DNA of 63,836 nt, counting the filler, from Choristocarpus tenellus KU-1152 (lineage: Eukaryota; Protista; Phaeophyceae): NCBI GenBank assembly GCA_964200185.2. It is 10 parts of 10 records of this genome, joined end to end, with 100 filler letters (N's around TTAATTAATTAA, not from the genome) between each part and the next. Parts side by side here need not be neighbours in the genome. Positions count along the whole stretch, not along the records: positions 1 to 4,814 come from CAXNAD020012958.1; positions 4,915 to 11,195 come from CAXNAD020008489.1; positions 11,296 to 30,667 come from CAXNAD020000468.1; 7 more parts are not named here. One strand, 5' to 3'. The translations under genes and the position numbers were made by a program. This document shows, in pieces, positions 1 through 12,430 of the stretch (the stretch's first letter is position 1; each line of letters opens with the position of its first letter). A model generated the notes under the pieces. The model made no database searches. It was not told the DNA's origin and saw only the letters and a program-made list of their open reading frames with translations.

Positions 1-11
1 CAGAAAAAGAT

Positions 12-193
12 AACAGCCGATTTCAAATTTTTAGTATTGAGCTTGTCATTGAGGATGGGCTTGACCCAAAATTGACTGGGATAAAGTGTCGATGTGTTTT
101 TTTTTGTATTGTCATTTAAAAAAACAAAAACAATTTTGGGTCAAGCCCATCATCAATGAAAAGCTCCATCTTCAATTTATGAAATCGGCTGTT
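12..193. repeat. Long imperfect inverted repeat (foldback/MITE-like hairpin, ~60-bp arms)
   Basis: AACAGCCGATTTC...GATGGGCTTGACCCAAAATTG (12-73) is the imperfect reverse complement of CAATTTTGGGTCAAGCCCATC...GAAATCGGCTGTT (131-193). Confidence 0.8.
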
Positions 194-3002
194 GTTTGAA
201 GGAAACTTCTGAAAGACGGTCTTTTGAGCAATTGTAATGCAGTAGTCGAAACAACACATTCTTCCCTGTATCTCCTATGTGATTGTCTCTCAAGAAAGGA
301 ATTAACAATATATACTCAAAATAATATTATGTTGTAAAATACTTGGTATATATAGTAGTATGTAGTGAGTAACGTTACACCACAATCATACTGCTAGTAC
401 ATTCAGCGTAACACTTCGTACCATTTTACTGCTATGGTGCTTACGACCAAGATGTCGGCAGGATGAAAGTATAACCTATAGTAGCAGTGAAAAAGAGTAA
501 GGTTACGTGCATACCTTCTTGTGTCGTTTATGTCCATGTTATAGTAAGTGGTACTACTACTACTGCAGGGATTGATCTCCGTTATTAAAGTACAGTATGA
601 TGAAGCGTAATTCATCACCAGAGTGAACACAAAGTGTTGAGACCTTACATTTGTCCTTCGAGCACACCCTCAGACTAAATTAAGTGAATGGTGGCAATAA
701 TTTGAAAGGGGACTGTTAATTACCCGTAGAGTGAGGTTCTATGCACTACCTGACTGTTGACGATGACATAGTAATTGTTGAAAATAGGTCCACCCTCGGT
801 TTACGAAGACCCGAATCTATGTTACAATTGATGGTATTTCTGTATCATTGTTGTACAGTAAGGTGATATAATACGTACTACACATAAACACACTATTAAA
901 TAATACGATGAAACCTGCATAGTATGAGTTCCATAGTCAATCATACTTCACGTTCCAATTAGAGTATACTGATAGGCACACGGACCCAGCAAGGGCAGAA
1001 GCAGTGAGGTAGTAGGCATTTCAAGACAATATCCCTCAACCATGACGTCAAAGTCCAGGCTGTTTTTGGTGGCCGAGATCCCCAAGAATCCCGTTTGTCA
1101 CTTAATGAATAGGTCAAGCGCAAGGTAAGATGAAGACATTCTCTCTCTTGATGAATCTCACAGAAGGGGAAGTAGTTGCAACCCTCCCCTCTCTGCACTC
1201 TATCCTTCCCAGCTGTGGACGACTCAATGGTTATTCCATACATACAGTGCACCAAATCATTCCCCCGCTAAAACTGCCACAAACTGAAAGACACAAATAC
1301 ACGTAACAATAGCAAAGCAAGGTGTTGAGAGCACCGACTTTGCTCTTATATTCCATCCTTCGTCCCACACAACAAACGACAGTGGTACTCAAAGCCAACA
1401 AGTGTATTTGAAAAAAATAGATCGTAAAATGACAACCCCAATTCCACAGAAACGTTGTAGAAACATAAATATATATTCATGCTATGTACATAATACATGC
1501 ATACATACGTACTCACTGATGAATCTGGTGCTTCAGACAACACAAAGAACATACACCATGTACGCAAGTACCATACTCCTGCTACTGCCATAGGACGACC
1601 ATCACTGTATTTATAACAGGAAGGGCTTCGATAAAGGGTCTACAGAAGAACAAAGCCTTGAAAACGCATGTCACGTTCTTTAATAACCCAATCACATTCT
1701 TTAACCCAGGTAGACAATATCCCAAGAGGAGCTCACAAAAAGAAAAAAATGCAATCAACACAACACAGGAAACATCACACTCTCTGTGTCCACTTCCATG
1801 CAAGTACATGCACATATATGTATCTGTTTTGCCTTGCCACATGTGGGAGACATAATCAAAACACCACCCACGCAACAGAGGCAGCCACCTCTGAAGTTCC
1901 ACTTCTGTAGCAGTGGAATCATTATTCACCTCAAAAAATGCTTGATTCTCACTCCCAACTTTCCCCTAATCCCCAAACCTCCACCCTACGCAAGTACTGG
2001 GAACATAGTATCGACAGCAAAGTGAGCAGGCCATGGCAGTAAGACGGGAAAATGAAGTCAGAAAAAAACGTCCCCAACATTAGAGCTCAAGCTACAAACC
2101 AGGAGCTCACAATACCGCAAGAATCAGTTGTATCCTAAACACCTACACTCAACCCAAAAGTCTATCTACAGGCAGCAACTGCATCTCGCTCTCTTCCCAT
2201 CAAAGATACTCCGGTACATCCCCCCCCTCCCCCCCCAAAAAAAACAGTTACGGATGTATCTAGTTTGTCGGGTATCAGCCGCAAACCATACACAACGCAT
2301 TTGCTCCAGGCGCCTCAGGACTGTTGGATAAAGAATATACAGCAAAACACGCAGGAGAAAGAGGTGTAAAACCCAAGTACACTGCCACAGTCGCTGCCCC
2401 TTGTGCGTGCACAACACCAGGACAAGAGACAAGGAACTAAAGTTCTCGCCCAACACTCATCACAAGCACAAACGCACGAGAGCCCAACAACACTATGCAG
2501 CAAAATATACGCTCGCTTGTTTTCAGTAGGGGTTCACACACTCCTCATACCGGTCTCCAACAGCATCAACCAACTGTCTACCAAAGATACCCAACACAAT
2601 AAATCATATTGTGTATCCTCATTTGGATCGCACATCTATCTCATCAACAAAAAAAAGGTGGGGGTCCTTCAGCAGGCATCAAATCACGCCAGGTTGGAAA
2701 GCCGGAGAAACGCAACCAATTCAATACAGTTAGCTGAAAGGCAGTGGGGGGAGGGGGGGAAGGGGGGTGGAGTTGGGAGATTGGAGTTACCTTCAAAGAG
2801 TCCGGCGGAAGCATTTGCCACAACAGGAAATTAATAATCATGATATCAACAATAACAAGCAAGAGGGTATACATGAAACCCGGGAGAGTTCATGTGTAAA
2901 TTTCATCTGTTCAGCCGCTGCCGCGACCCCCCCACCCATGGGCAACTAAACAAACAGTTGGCTCAAGTCGTCGGAGAGTTATATCGACACATCATCCACA
3001 CA

Positions 3003-3149
3003 TCATCCACGATTCCCATCATTCCCACTCCCGTCGCCACTATCGTTAATGCTATCCTCTTCATAGAAAAAGAGCGCAGAGGAGACTATTCCCAGAACTA
3101 TGGACAGGTACGACCAAATCTTGGCCTGGTGCGATGCATGCAATGCCCT
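3003..3149 (-). CDS. Probable last exon of a CD225/dispanin (IFITM-like) membrane protein; upstream exons not located
   Basis: Pyrimidine-rich acceptor ending CAG, then RALHASHQAKIWSYLSIVLGIVSSALFFY plus an acidic tail and stop; fits the dispanin A..AS..AK.WS...I..G pattern before the C-terminal TM helix. Confidence 0.45.
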   Translation of the reverse strand, partial: RALHASHQAKIWSYLSIVLGIVSSALFFYEEDSINDSGDGSGNDGNRG

Positions 3150-5496
3150 CTGGAGACAGGGGCAAGGCGGCGGGGCGGGGGCGGGGGGGGGGAGGTCAAT
3201 ACAGACAGATACAGACACAGACACAGACACACAGACACAAAAGACTGTTGTAGTTCAAGATCCAGCAAGGGGAAGCGACAGCTGGGCATTATCAAGAGCA
3301 CCTCGAGAGAGACATACAACATAGCACTCTGTACACACTATTTCACCGAGGCAGGACTACTGTGGGAGTGAGAAATCACTACACAAGTGACGTTCGTTCA
3401 ACAACAAACACAGACCCTAACGGTTTTCAGATCCACAGGTTGATACCGGTGCATACTTCTGAACCAGGAACTGGGCATACACACACACACACACGTACCT
3501 GTAGTGGTTGGTACCTGGGGGTTTGCACCAAGACAACACCACGCAGGCAAAAGAACTAAGGCGGCGGGACCTCGAAAATACTTAGCCATGACGCCCATCA
3601 TAGCATGAACTGCGTCAAGTAGTACCAAAACTAAATATCATCACCACCAAGCCTCTAAGTATCCTTCCCACACCATAGTTTTCAAGACCATTGTCATTCA
3701 TCTCTCCCAGAGCTTCAGATGTGCCCAAAGCTTACCAACCAACCTTTCCAATATGCCATCCGATCAACACCTAATGTAAGATCCTGTTGGGTCGCAGGGG
3801 CTAGCGCATTCATTGACTTAAGGCCCCGTAATAGTGGACCCCATCCGCTGAGCTCATTCTAGACCTGGCAGACCACGCCTTCTACCCAAAGACAAATGGA
3901 CCGAACCTGATAGTAAAGATACCTCCAACACAGACACAGCCCCACTTCTACAGACACAGTCACCTCCCACACGCACCTCCCTTTTGGTGATACAATACAT
4001 CTTGTACGGTGGAAGTGAGAGGGTCTACCACAAGATGATTTTATAAACCTAATCTGCTGGTACTACGAAAACACTCCCACCCTCCACCTCTTTGTTGAAG
4101 TGTCACTCTACTTTTGATTGTAGGGAGTCGGGGCCCAAGTCTACCAACCTCAGCAACAATGGTCAGTTATCACAGTTATTAATACCAGGCAACACAAATT
4201 CCCATATATATATATATATATACAAGGCACATCTTCACTTCATAAAAAAAATTATCATAATAAAAAAAATAGCTCGACTTAAAAATTCACAACAGAAAAC
4301 GGAACTGAAACATCAAAACACTTCACTCAAAACAATCAACATATTTTATTTTTCATAACCAAAAAGAAAAAAGTTCTTATCTTGAAACCGGAATCTGAAT
4401 GGCAAACAGAAGCATAACAATAAAAAAATATATGTATGAATACTAAGAACCTCTTTCATACGAACAAAACATGTCAAGACAACAATTTCTTGGGCATGCA
4501 TGGCCCCTCTCACAAACCAATACACACACACACACACACACACACACATCAATGCTGAGGGCTGCAGGGTCGTAAGTCAGCAAGCACAACAAAAAATAAA
4601 TATATAGATAAACCAAAATTAAATGGGAGGCGACATCAGTGAGAGCCAGTGCATCTGATCTCCCTTCACCCGTCGTCCTTTTCCTCAATTCAAATACACT
4701 ATGATACCGCTAGGAAGGCATCCGCACACTCATTGAACGCCTTCCTGTTCTCATTTTCCTAGCCCCCCCCCCCCCCCCCCACCCCCCCCCCCCCCCCTCC
4801 CCCCCGCTAAACTANNNNNNNNNNNNNNNNNNNNNNNNNNNNNNNNNNNNNNNNNNNNTTAATTAATTAANNNNNNNNNNNNNNNNNNNNNNNNNNNNNN
4901 NNNNNNNNNNNNNNGTGTTTGGAGGTGCAAACAGGAACGCCACCCCCCCCCTTTTATGACATGAGATCACTGTACGGATGGGGAGAGGGGTTTCCAAGTG
5001 AAGGGCAAGGGATGGGAGAATTCCCATCTATTGCGGAGAGGATGAAGAAGAAGACAATGATGCACATGCGGAGAAGACTCAACACTAGGATGTAATACGT
5101 GCTGGTGGGGAATGTCTCTCCATTTTTCCAGGAAGGGGACGCATCCTCAACACGGGAAGAAGTGCGGCGCATTTCTCAACAAGACAGTCGATGTCACAAA
5201 GACAGTGGCAGAGCAATTGAACCAATTGATGGCCTTCAATATAAAAGAATTTATCCCCAAAGGAGAAATGGGAAGGTCCACGAACAAGGCGGATTGTGAC
5301 ATGCCGGACAACTTTGCCTGTTTTGTGGCAGCAATGGCAAAAATATGCCACTAGAGGGAAGCATGGAAGACGGGACAGAGGCGGACAGCCGAGGTTATAG
5401 AAGAACTGGAGGAGGCGAGGAGCAGGGTATGAACATTGTACGGTTCCACCAAGTCGGTGTTGTTGATTGACCATCCAAGAACTGTACACCTAATAT

Positions 5497-5753
5497 GAGT
5501 GAAAATATCTTAGAGGGTACGTCTTTTGCCCTGTTTCTCCGTTTGGGGCTTGACTTCCCACGTTTTATTCATGACATTTCCTACTCCGATACGTTTCGGA
5601 GTAGGTAAAATGTGTACGTTATGAAAATTTGTGTCCGGAAAAAGGATATTGACACTTCCTAACAAACACGATAGCCAAAGTTACATCCAAATCGCAACAT
5701 TGGATTTTGGACCCCAAACGGACGCAGCTCTACCCTCTAAGGTACTTTGACTA
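5497..5753 (+). mobile_element. MITE family 1 copy A (~255 bp)
   Basis: TIRs GAGTGAAAATATCTTAGAGGGTA / TACCCTCTAAGGTACTTTGACT; internal CCTACTCC..GGAGTAGG hairpin shared with other copies. Confidence 0.85.
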
Positions 5754-5882
5754 TCAAGCTGTGGGGGAGAACCTAGATATGTTGTCCAAAGGACAATCGT
5801 GGGCAGCAGATATATGAGGCCACAGGTATGCCGCGCCCCTGGCCCCAGATATGTGACTCCCCTTCCCCTTGCAGCCACGATT

Positions 5883-6490
5883 TGTTGAATAACTACCTGC
5901 AGGAAAGGCTCGTTGCCATAAATTGCTAATGGGTTACATGGTGAACACACATTTTAATTATCAGTTAGGCTTCTGTCTTAGCCATCAATTTCCTGATGTA
6001 TGGCCAATGGCTGACTCATCATAACACAATGTACTTTACTACTCTGCGTTGTATCGAAAGATAAACGTACATGAAACTGTCGTACTGTGTTATATGCATA
6101 TATCAGCACACACAATGTAAGCGTTAACACTAGTTATATTGCGATACCCTCCCCTTGCCGAACAACAAGCATAAACTCACCAACAAAGAAATAGGTATTA
6201 CACACATGTTATCCCTGACAAATTCTTAGTCAACACATCCGCCCTCTGGTTTCAGTACCAATATAAAACACGAATCTCTCCTTTTCTAGCTAAGTCCTCA
6301 GAAAATGGTGCTGGACATCAATGTGCTTTGTTCTAGTACTAGTGGCATTTCGTACTAGTTTGCGTGCACCATCGTTGTCCTTGAACATGTCAATACACTG
6401 TCTAGGGAACTGTCACTGAATATACTACTAAACACTTCGCAAGAAAAGCAATTCCTGTGCCACACTACTAAGGGCTATATATTTACTCTG
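5883..6490 (-). mobile_element. Degenerate Ty1/copia 3' end (RNase H remnant, PPT, 3' LTR ~5883-6146)
   Basis: 6200-6490 is a diverged paralogue of the RNase H end at ~6880-7170 (TSTRTKHIDV..HFL, NQRADVLTKNL); polypurine tract CAAGGGGAGGG on the minus strand; LTR similar to 6534-6752 and ending TTCAACA. Confidence 0.75.
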
Positions 6491-6533
6491 TTGAGAAGCT
6501 TGACGCACATGAGGCTCGTCGACGGAAGCTAGC

Positions 6534-6752
6534 TGTTGAATTACATGGTAAAGCACACACTGAATTATTAATTGCCTGTCAACCATCCATCATCACTGAT
6601 GTGTGGATTAATGTTGATTTATGATATTTTATATACGTACGTACTCTGTATCATACCTAACCAAATATAAACGTACGTATAACCTCGTATAACCTATGTT
6701 GTATACTTGTGTCAGCACAAACAACGTAAGGATAACACTAGGTTATTCGACA
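6534..6752 (-). mobile_element. 3' LTR of copia element (TGTCGAA...TTCAACA), preceded by PPT at 6753-6763
   Basis: Minus strand CAAGGGGAGGA directly followed by TG; ends CA with short terminal inverted repeat; homologous to 5883-6146. Confidence 0.7.
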
Positions 6753-6838
6753 TCCTCCCCTTGCTGAAAACAAGTATTAACTCTCAAACAATCATAAAAC
6801 AAAAAAAAAATCAAATGAAATATAAAACAAACGTTGTG

Positions 6839-8037
6839 TCACATGTTCATCAAAAACTTCACATGTTGTCTAAAAACTCGAACTGGCAAATTCTTGGTCA
6901 AGACATCTGCCCTCTGGTTTGCAGTACCAACAAAAACAACACGAATCTCTCCTTTTCTAGACAAATTCCTTAAAAAATGATGTCGGACATCTATGTGCTT
7001 TGTTCTAGTAGAGCTTGTGGCATTTCGTACTAGTTTGCATGCACCATCATTAACCTCAAACAAATCAATGCAACGCCTAGGGAACTGTGGCTGAATAAAC
7101 TCAAAAACACTCCTCAAGAAAAGTAATTCTTGTGCCACACTACTAAGTTCTATGTATTCAGTCTCTGTGGAAGACAGAGCTACAACTCTTTGCACTTTTG
7201 ACGTCCAAGATATTGCTCCTCCTGCAAACATAATTGCTCCTCCAGTCACTGACCTATGATCATTCCAGTCTCCAGCATAACTAGCATCAGCATATGCACT
7301 CAACTCCCACTCAGTATCAAAACCACCAAAACTCAATCCAACACTGGGACACGTATTCAAATATGCTAAAATACATTTCACTGCACGCCAATGAGTGACT
7401 TTGGGATTGCTACTGTACTTGGCAACTTCACGAACTGCATTTGCAATGTCAAGCCTAGTCATAACAGATGCCCACATCAAACTACCAACTGCCTTTCTGT
7501 ACAGTGTACTTTCATCAACACTTGGATGATTCTCACTCTTGTCTAGAGCCCTTGAGAGATCATGGGGTACCGACCTCTTCTTTGCCCCATCCATTCCAAA
7601 TCTTTGACAAACACTCTTAATGTACCTAGTCTGACTGATGGTAACAGTGTGTGCATTTCTGTCACGTGAAATCTCACAACCCATATAAAACTCAATATCA
7701 CCAAAATCTTCTATGGAAAACTGCTCTTTAATCCTAGAGCGAACCCAAATCAAAACATCTATCTTACCAGCTACTAATAGATCATCTACGTGGGGGGCTA
7801 TCACAGCACAAACAACGCCATCTCTTACATAGCGTAAAACACAAGGGTCTGCTCTACATTGCTCAAAACCACACTTTTCCAAAACGTGCACCAACAGATT
7901 ATTGAACTCTCTGCTTGCCTGTTTGGTACCATACAGTGCTTTTATCAAACGTACAGTTTTTCCAGACCATACACCACATCCATCACATAAATGAACAAAA
8001 ATCTCTTCTCTGATGTCAGCTTGTATAAATGCCTGTT
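6839..8037 (-). mobile_element. Ty1/copia pol fragment (reverse transcriptase + RNase H), 5'-truncated at a MITE
   Basis: QAFIQADI..., KALYGTKQASREF, DPCV, HVDDLL, YRKAVGSLMW, YADASYAGD, SSTETEY, RTKHIDVRHHFLR, QRADVLTK. The frame extends upstream of the listed ORF to the MITE junction at 8037/8038. Confidence 0.95.
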
Positions 8038-8295
8038 GAGTGAAAGTATCTTAGAGGGTACGAGTTTTACCCTGTTTGTCCATTTGGGGCTTGGCTTCCC
8101 ATGGGCTTTTTATAACATTTTCCTTCTACAAATTGTTTCAGAGTAGGTAAAATGTACATGATATTAAAAGACGTGTCCAGAACATCGATATTGACACTTC
8201 CTAACACATACAATAGCCAAGATAACATCAAAATTGCAATTTTGGACTTTGGCCCCCAAATGGACACGGCTCTACCCTCTAAGATACTTCAGCTC
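8038..8295 (+). mobile_element. MITE family 1 copy B
   Basis: GAGTGAAAGTATCTTAGAGGGTA...TACCCTCTAAGATACTTCAGCTC; flanks GTT/TGT do not match. Confidence 0.9.
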
Positions 8296-11111
8296 TGTAC
8301 TCCGAGTCCTCCCATAGCCGCCCTCTCACGTCCTCCGTAGGAAGTTCCTCTGGACCTGACAAATCAAAACAAACGGGCCGGTCCACCTCGTCTTCAGAGC
8401 CTTCTCTAACCCTCTTATTCCTAATCAGGGTCCTTTTGTGCTTCCCTTGTCCTTCTTGGAACTCTTCTCCCTCAGAGTTGTGTTACGATCAATATGTACG
8501 CAGTTTTCGCTTCGCCTCACACTGTGGTCGCACACGTTCCCTGGTACTTGTGACTCAGTTCCGCCGCTGTCCACTCACTGAACGGGCGTTCGGGGACATC
8601 CCTGTGGCACTCTTGACAGGCGTGTACTCCGAGTCCTTGCCTAGCCGTCCCCTCACGTACTCCATAGGAATTTCCTCTGGGCCTGACAATCCGTTACAAA
8701 TGGGTCGGCCTCCATCGCCTTCAGAGTCGTGTTCCGAGGGTGTGATTGTATGCCTCCTCCTTTCTAGACTCCTGCATCCCGTACCTACTGCAGGGCTAGG
8801 TGATAGGTTATCTTGCTCCTCTCGAGCACCTGGTGTGTCGGGTCTCCCACAAGGTATGCTGGTGGATACGCCACCAGCTACCGGTGTCTTCACCAGTGCA
8901 AAATTGGTCAATGTGGAGAGCTTGTCCTGCAGGAGTTTGATAAGATCCGGGTCGAGGTTGTCCCCGAGGGCAGTGCATGTGATGACCAGGCCTCCCGGTC
9001 GTGTCTGGAGAAGGGCGACTTCTCTCTCATGAGCTGTGTTGGTCTCAGACTTGAACTTATCGAGGTCGTGCTCGGACGTTGATAGGTTCTTTGGCGTGAT
9101 CAAAATGTTTGTGACATGTGCTATCTCTGTGATGGCGGAGGAGCGGCAAAGGTCGTGGCGAAGTGAGGTTAAAAACGACGGGAGGAGTTGTCAATGTTAG
9201 GAGGCAAGGGATGAGATAGAGGTTCGTGAGAAGGAGTACATGGGGAAGGATGCAGAGGAGGATGCAGGGGCTACGGAAAGGATGGACGGATCAGAGTAGT
9301 GGCGGTTCTTTATAGGTGTGCTGATTATGCGAGCTCCCAGGACAGGGGGACGAATAGGGCTGGTAACAAAGGGTGAATAGGAAGCATACAGGACTAGCAT
9401 GTAACCGCGACATAAGTTCTCTCCGTTTGCCGGGTTCGGTCGATCGGTACAACATAGGCAAAGTATGACACAGTGTGCACGATGAGCAACTTCTCAACCT
9501 TTGAAAGAACCGGAGACCCCTGTTACAACGTTCGTTGTGTAACTGTCGAGCATCGATAGGATGGAAGAGAGTCTAGGTTGTGTGTTTGGTGTGGGGAAGG
9601 GTGTTTGGATATTAACCTATGGCGATGTCGTACAATGATGCAATTGCTCGCCTGTGTGTTCGTCACCGGTATTCAGGTAACGCCCTCTGAGTATTTGATG
9701 ATATCCAGGTATTTTATCCCTCCTCCACATCCTGCATCAACACGAGATCTCTTTTCACCTGTGGAATTTATGGGGTAGATTAATGTGCGCAATCAGGGCG
9801 TTTATTGTGAGATGGCTTTACACGACAAACTGAAATGCGGTGGATAGATGAAGTGATGAACTAATACAATTGAGTACCTTGTAACTGAGGATGTATTTCT
9901 TGGTAGGAGGACCCTCTGCCCAGACTCTCCTGGTGAATCGTCGGCGCAGGGGTCTATCCAGAGCCTGTCCCTCTCTTTCAGGTCCTTCCTAACCTGAACT
10001 GCGACCTCCAGGACGGCCCCCCTGATGAGTACGTTCCTGGTGTGCATATGTCTCAGGTATGCCAACTGTACCCTCCAGGGTTGCGCTTCCCAATCCTCCT
10101 CTGCCTTGGTGGCAGACGCCGGGTCTGGATCGCCGACTCCTGGTCTATTTTTCTTCCTCTATCCTCTTGTCTTCTTCTTTCCTTTGTCTTGGTCGGCTGG
10201 GGGCCGTTTGTTCCGGACGCCCCTAAGAGTGTGGGAGAACTGTCGTGGAGAAGCACATGGGTGCTGGGACGGTGAGTGACATGGATGACATGGGTGTCTG
10301 AGTGAAAGTATCTTAGAGGGTACGAGGTTTACCCTGTTTGTCCATTTGGGTCTAGACTTCCCATGGATTTTCTAATTACATTTTCCTACTCAAAATTTTT
10401 CGGAGTAGATAAAATGTATACGTTATGAAAAGGTATGTCTGGAACAAGGACATGACACTTCCTAGCAAATGCGAAATCACATCAAAATCGCAACATTGGA
10501 TTTTGACCCCCAAATGGACGCGGCCCTACCCTCTAAGATACTTTGGCTCCCTGTCTTGCGGGGTATGAACTAGGTGGGAAATATTGCGGCTGTTGCAGGG
10601 TCAGGAGGGGGGTATACGCATATACATGCATAGGTTACTTCAATCGTCACGGTCAAAATCGACTTACCCATTCCTCTGGAAATGTCTCCGGCTCGGCAAC
10701 ATACGTCAACGCGAGCGCGTCAGTAGGCAGTTTTTTGGCTGCCTGCTCTGAGAAGACGTGTGCAGCCACTTCAACAATGTCACGCCATCGATGACCTTGG
10801 GGAGTCTCCCCTCTCAGGATGGATAGTCCGACTCCAGCGAGAACATCAGTGCACATTCTAGCGAAATACTGCTCCTTGACCTCGTCCGTGAGCTACATGT
10901 ACATCAAATGTGCGACAGAGTGTGGTAGGATACCCGTAAATAACGAGCTTTGAGGATGTCGAGGAATTAAAATTGGCAGTGTATCTGCCAGGGAGGGAAA
11001 AGCAGGGAATGCGCGTAGCGCATCGGGACTTTACGGGCATGGGGATCGCTGGAAATTGATCGCTCTACCGTTCGTCAGAACATGTCAAATCCTTCATTAC
11101 TGTTTGCCCTA
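8296..11111 (-). other. Degenerate GC-richer coding-like segment, probable transposable-element relic, interrupted by MITE copy C
   Basis: Broken minus-strand ORFs (8555-9103, 9802-10065, 10653-10856), no recognisable domain, internal diverged duplication, embedded in a TE cluster. Confidence 0.3.
10300..10549 (+). mobile_element. MITE family 1 copy C
   Basis: Same TIRs; flanks TCT/CCT (near-TSD, one mismatch). Confidence 0.9.
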
Positions 11112-11195
11112 GAGTGAAAGTATCTTAGAGGGTACGAGTTTTGCCCTTTTTGTCCATTTGGGGCTTGGCTTCCCATGTTTTTTTAATGACATTTT
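11112..11195 (+). mobile_element. MITE family 1 copy D (truncated by assembly gap)
   Basis: GAGTGAAAGTATCTTAGAGGGTACGAGTTTTGCCC... runs into Ns. Confidence 0.85.
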
Positions 11196-12430
11196 NNNNN
11201 NNNNNNNNNNNNNNNNNNNNNNNNNNNNNNNNNNNNNNNTTAATTAATTAANNNNNNNNNNNNNNNNNNNNNNNNNNNNNNNNNNNNNNNNNNNNTGTTT
11301 ATCAGTCCGATATTTTGTGAAAAAAAGAAAAAAAAAACCTCACAAAAAAAAAAGGGGTGGGGAGGGCCCAGGGGGGGGGGGGTTACGACAAATCACAGTG
11401 GCCTGCATCACTACATACATCAAAAAGGAGGCGTACTTGTGAGCAGGAATGTAAAACCAAGGTCGCAGTACAGTTGGGGCTACAGAATGGTGGAGAGAGA
11501 TAGACTGACCATGACACGGCGAGGTCTTCTTGTTGCACCTATAGTGATGAAATTCGAACCTTGTACTGATTCACTCCCCACATCTAGTCAGAGGCAATCT
11601 CCAACTTCTCAGGAAGAACAGTGGTGGCATTCTGGAGACCTACTTACAATCCTTGTGCCAAGATTGCACGAGAAGAAATAGAGACAATGAATTTTATTTT
11701 TTTCTAGGAGAACAGCAACGTACTTCAAGTACGTGAAACGATTTCGTTTTGAGGCGATCAAGTACCCCATCAAATTGTGGGGAACAAAGGTGTTGGTAGG
11801 GGGGGGTCATTTTTGTGTCAAGAATAACATCGTGTGTGTGTAACAGTGTGTGTGTGTGTGGCACAAGGTAAGGCCATTGAAACCTCCCTGACAAAACCAG
11901 GTTTTCACTGACATCCCCTCTGTCTCCCCCTACTCCATCCTTGTAAGCTGGTTGGTACCCCTTCACTAGGCACACAGTAATGAGATATGTGCGATTGTAC
12001 TCTTTCTCCCCAGGCGCCTCTCTAAACTGTCTTCATTGTGTCTCCTTTTCATGTGTGCTACAGCAGATGCTGGTCATAGAGACACAAAGTCTCAAATGAA
12101 CATACGCACTTGGGACTTTACTCATCAAAACATTTCCCTCCTCTGTACTGTGTAACACAGAAGGGGTACCTGGAAGTACCAACAGGGGCGCTCCAATTCA
12201 AATATCAGAGGAATTGCAACCTCAAAGGGGAAGCTAAAGTTTACAATTACAAATTGCAAAGAGGACCACCTTGTGCCATGGGCAACTACTGGAAAAACAA
12301 ACGATCTTGTCACCTGGACCAAATCAAGACACAGGACTCAGAATCTACATGAAAAGAAGTTAAGGGGCTGAGAAAATAAGCACAGAGATACAAAAAGCAA
12401 AGCAGAGTCACTTCCCACCGCAGGTCTCAC

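Noticed and set aside
4815-4914. TTAATTAATTAA flanked by N runs, repeated about ten times in the window
   Set aside because: Artificial scaffolding spacer with stops in all six frames; not biological.
11400-12430. Candidate 3' exons of the thioredoxin gene
   Set aside because: No in-phase exon with the expected G.R continuation was found; the remainder may lie in the gap at 11196-11295 or further left.
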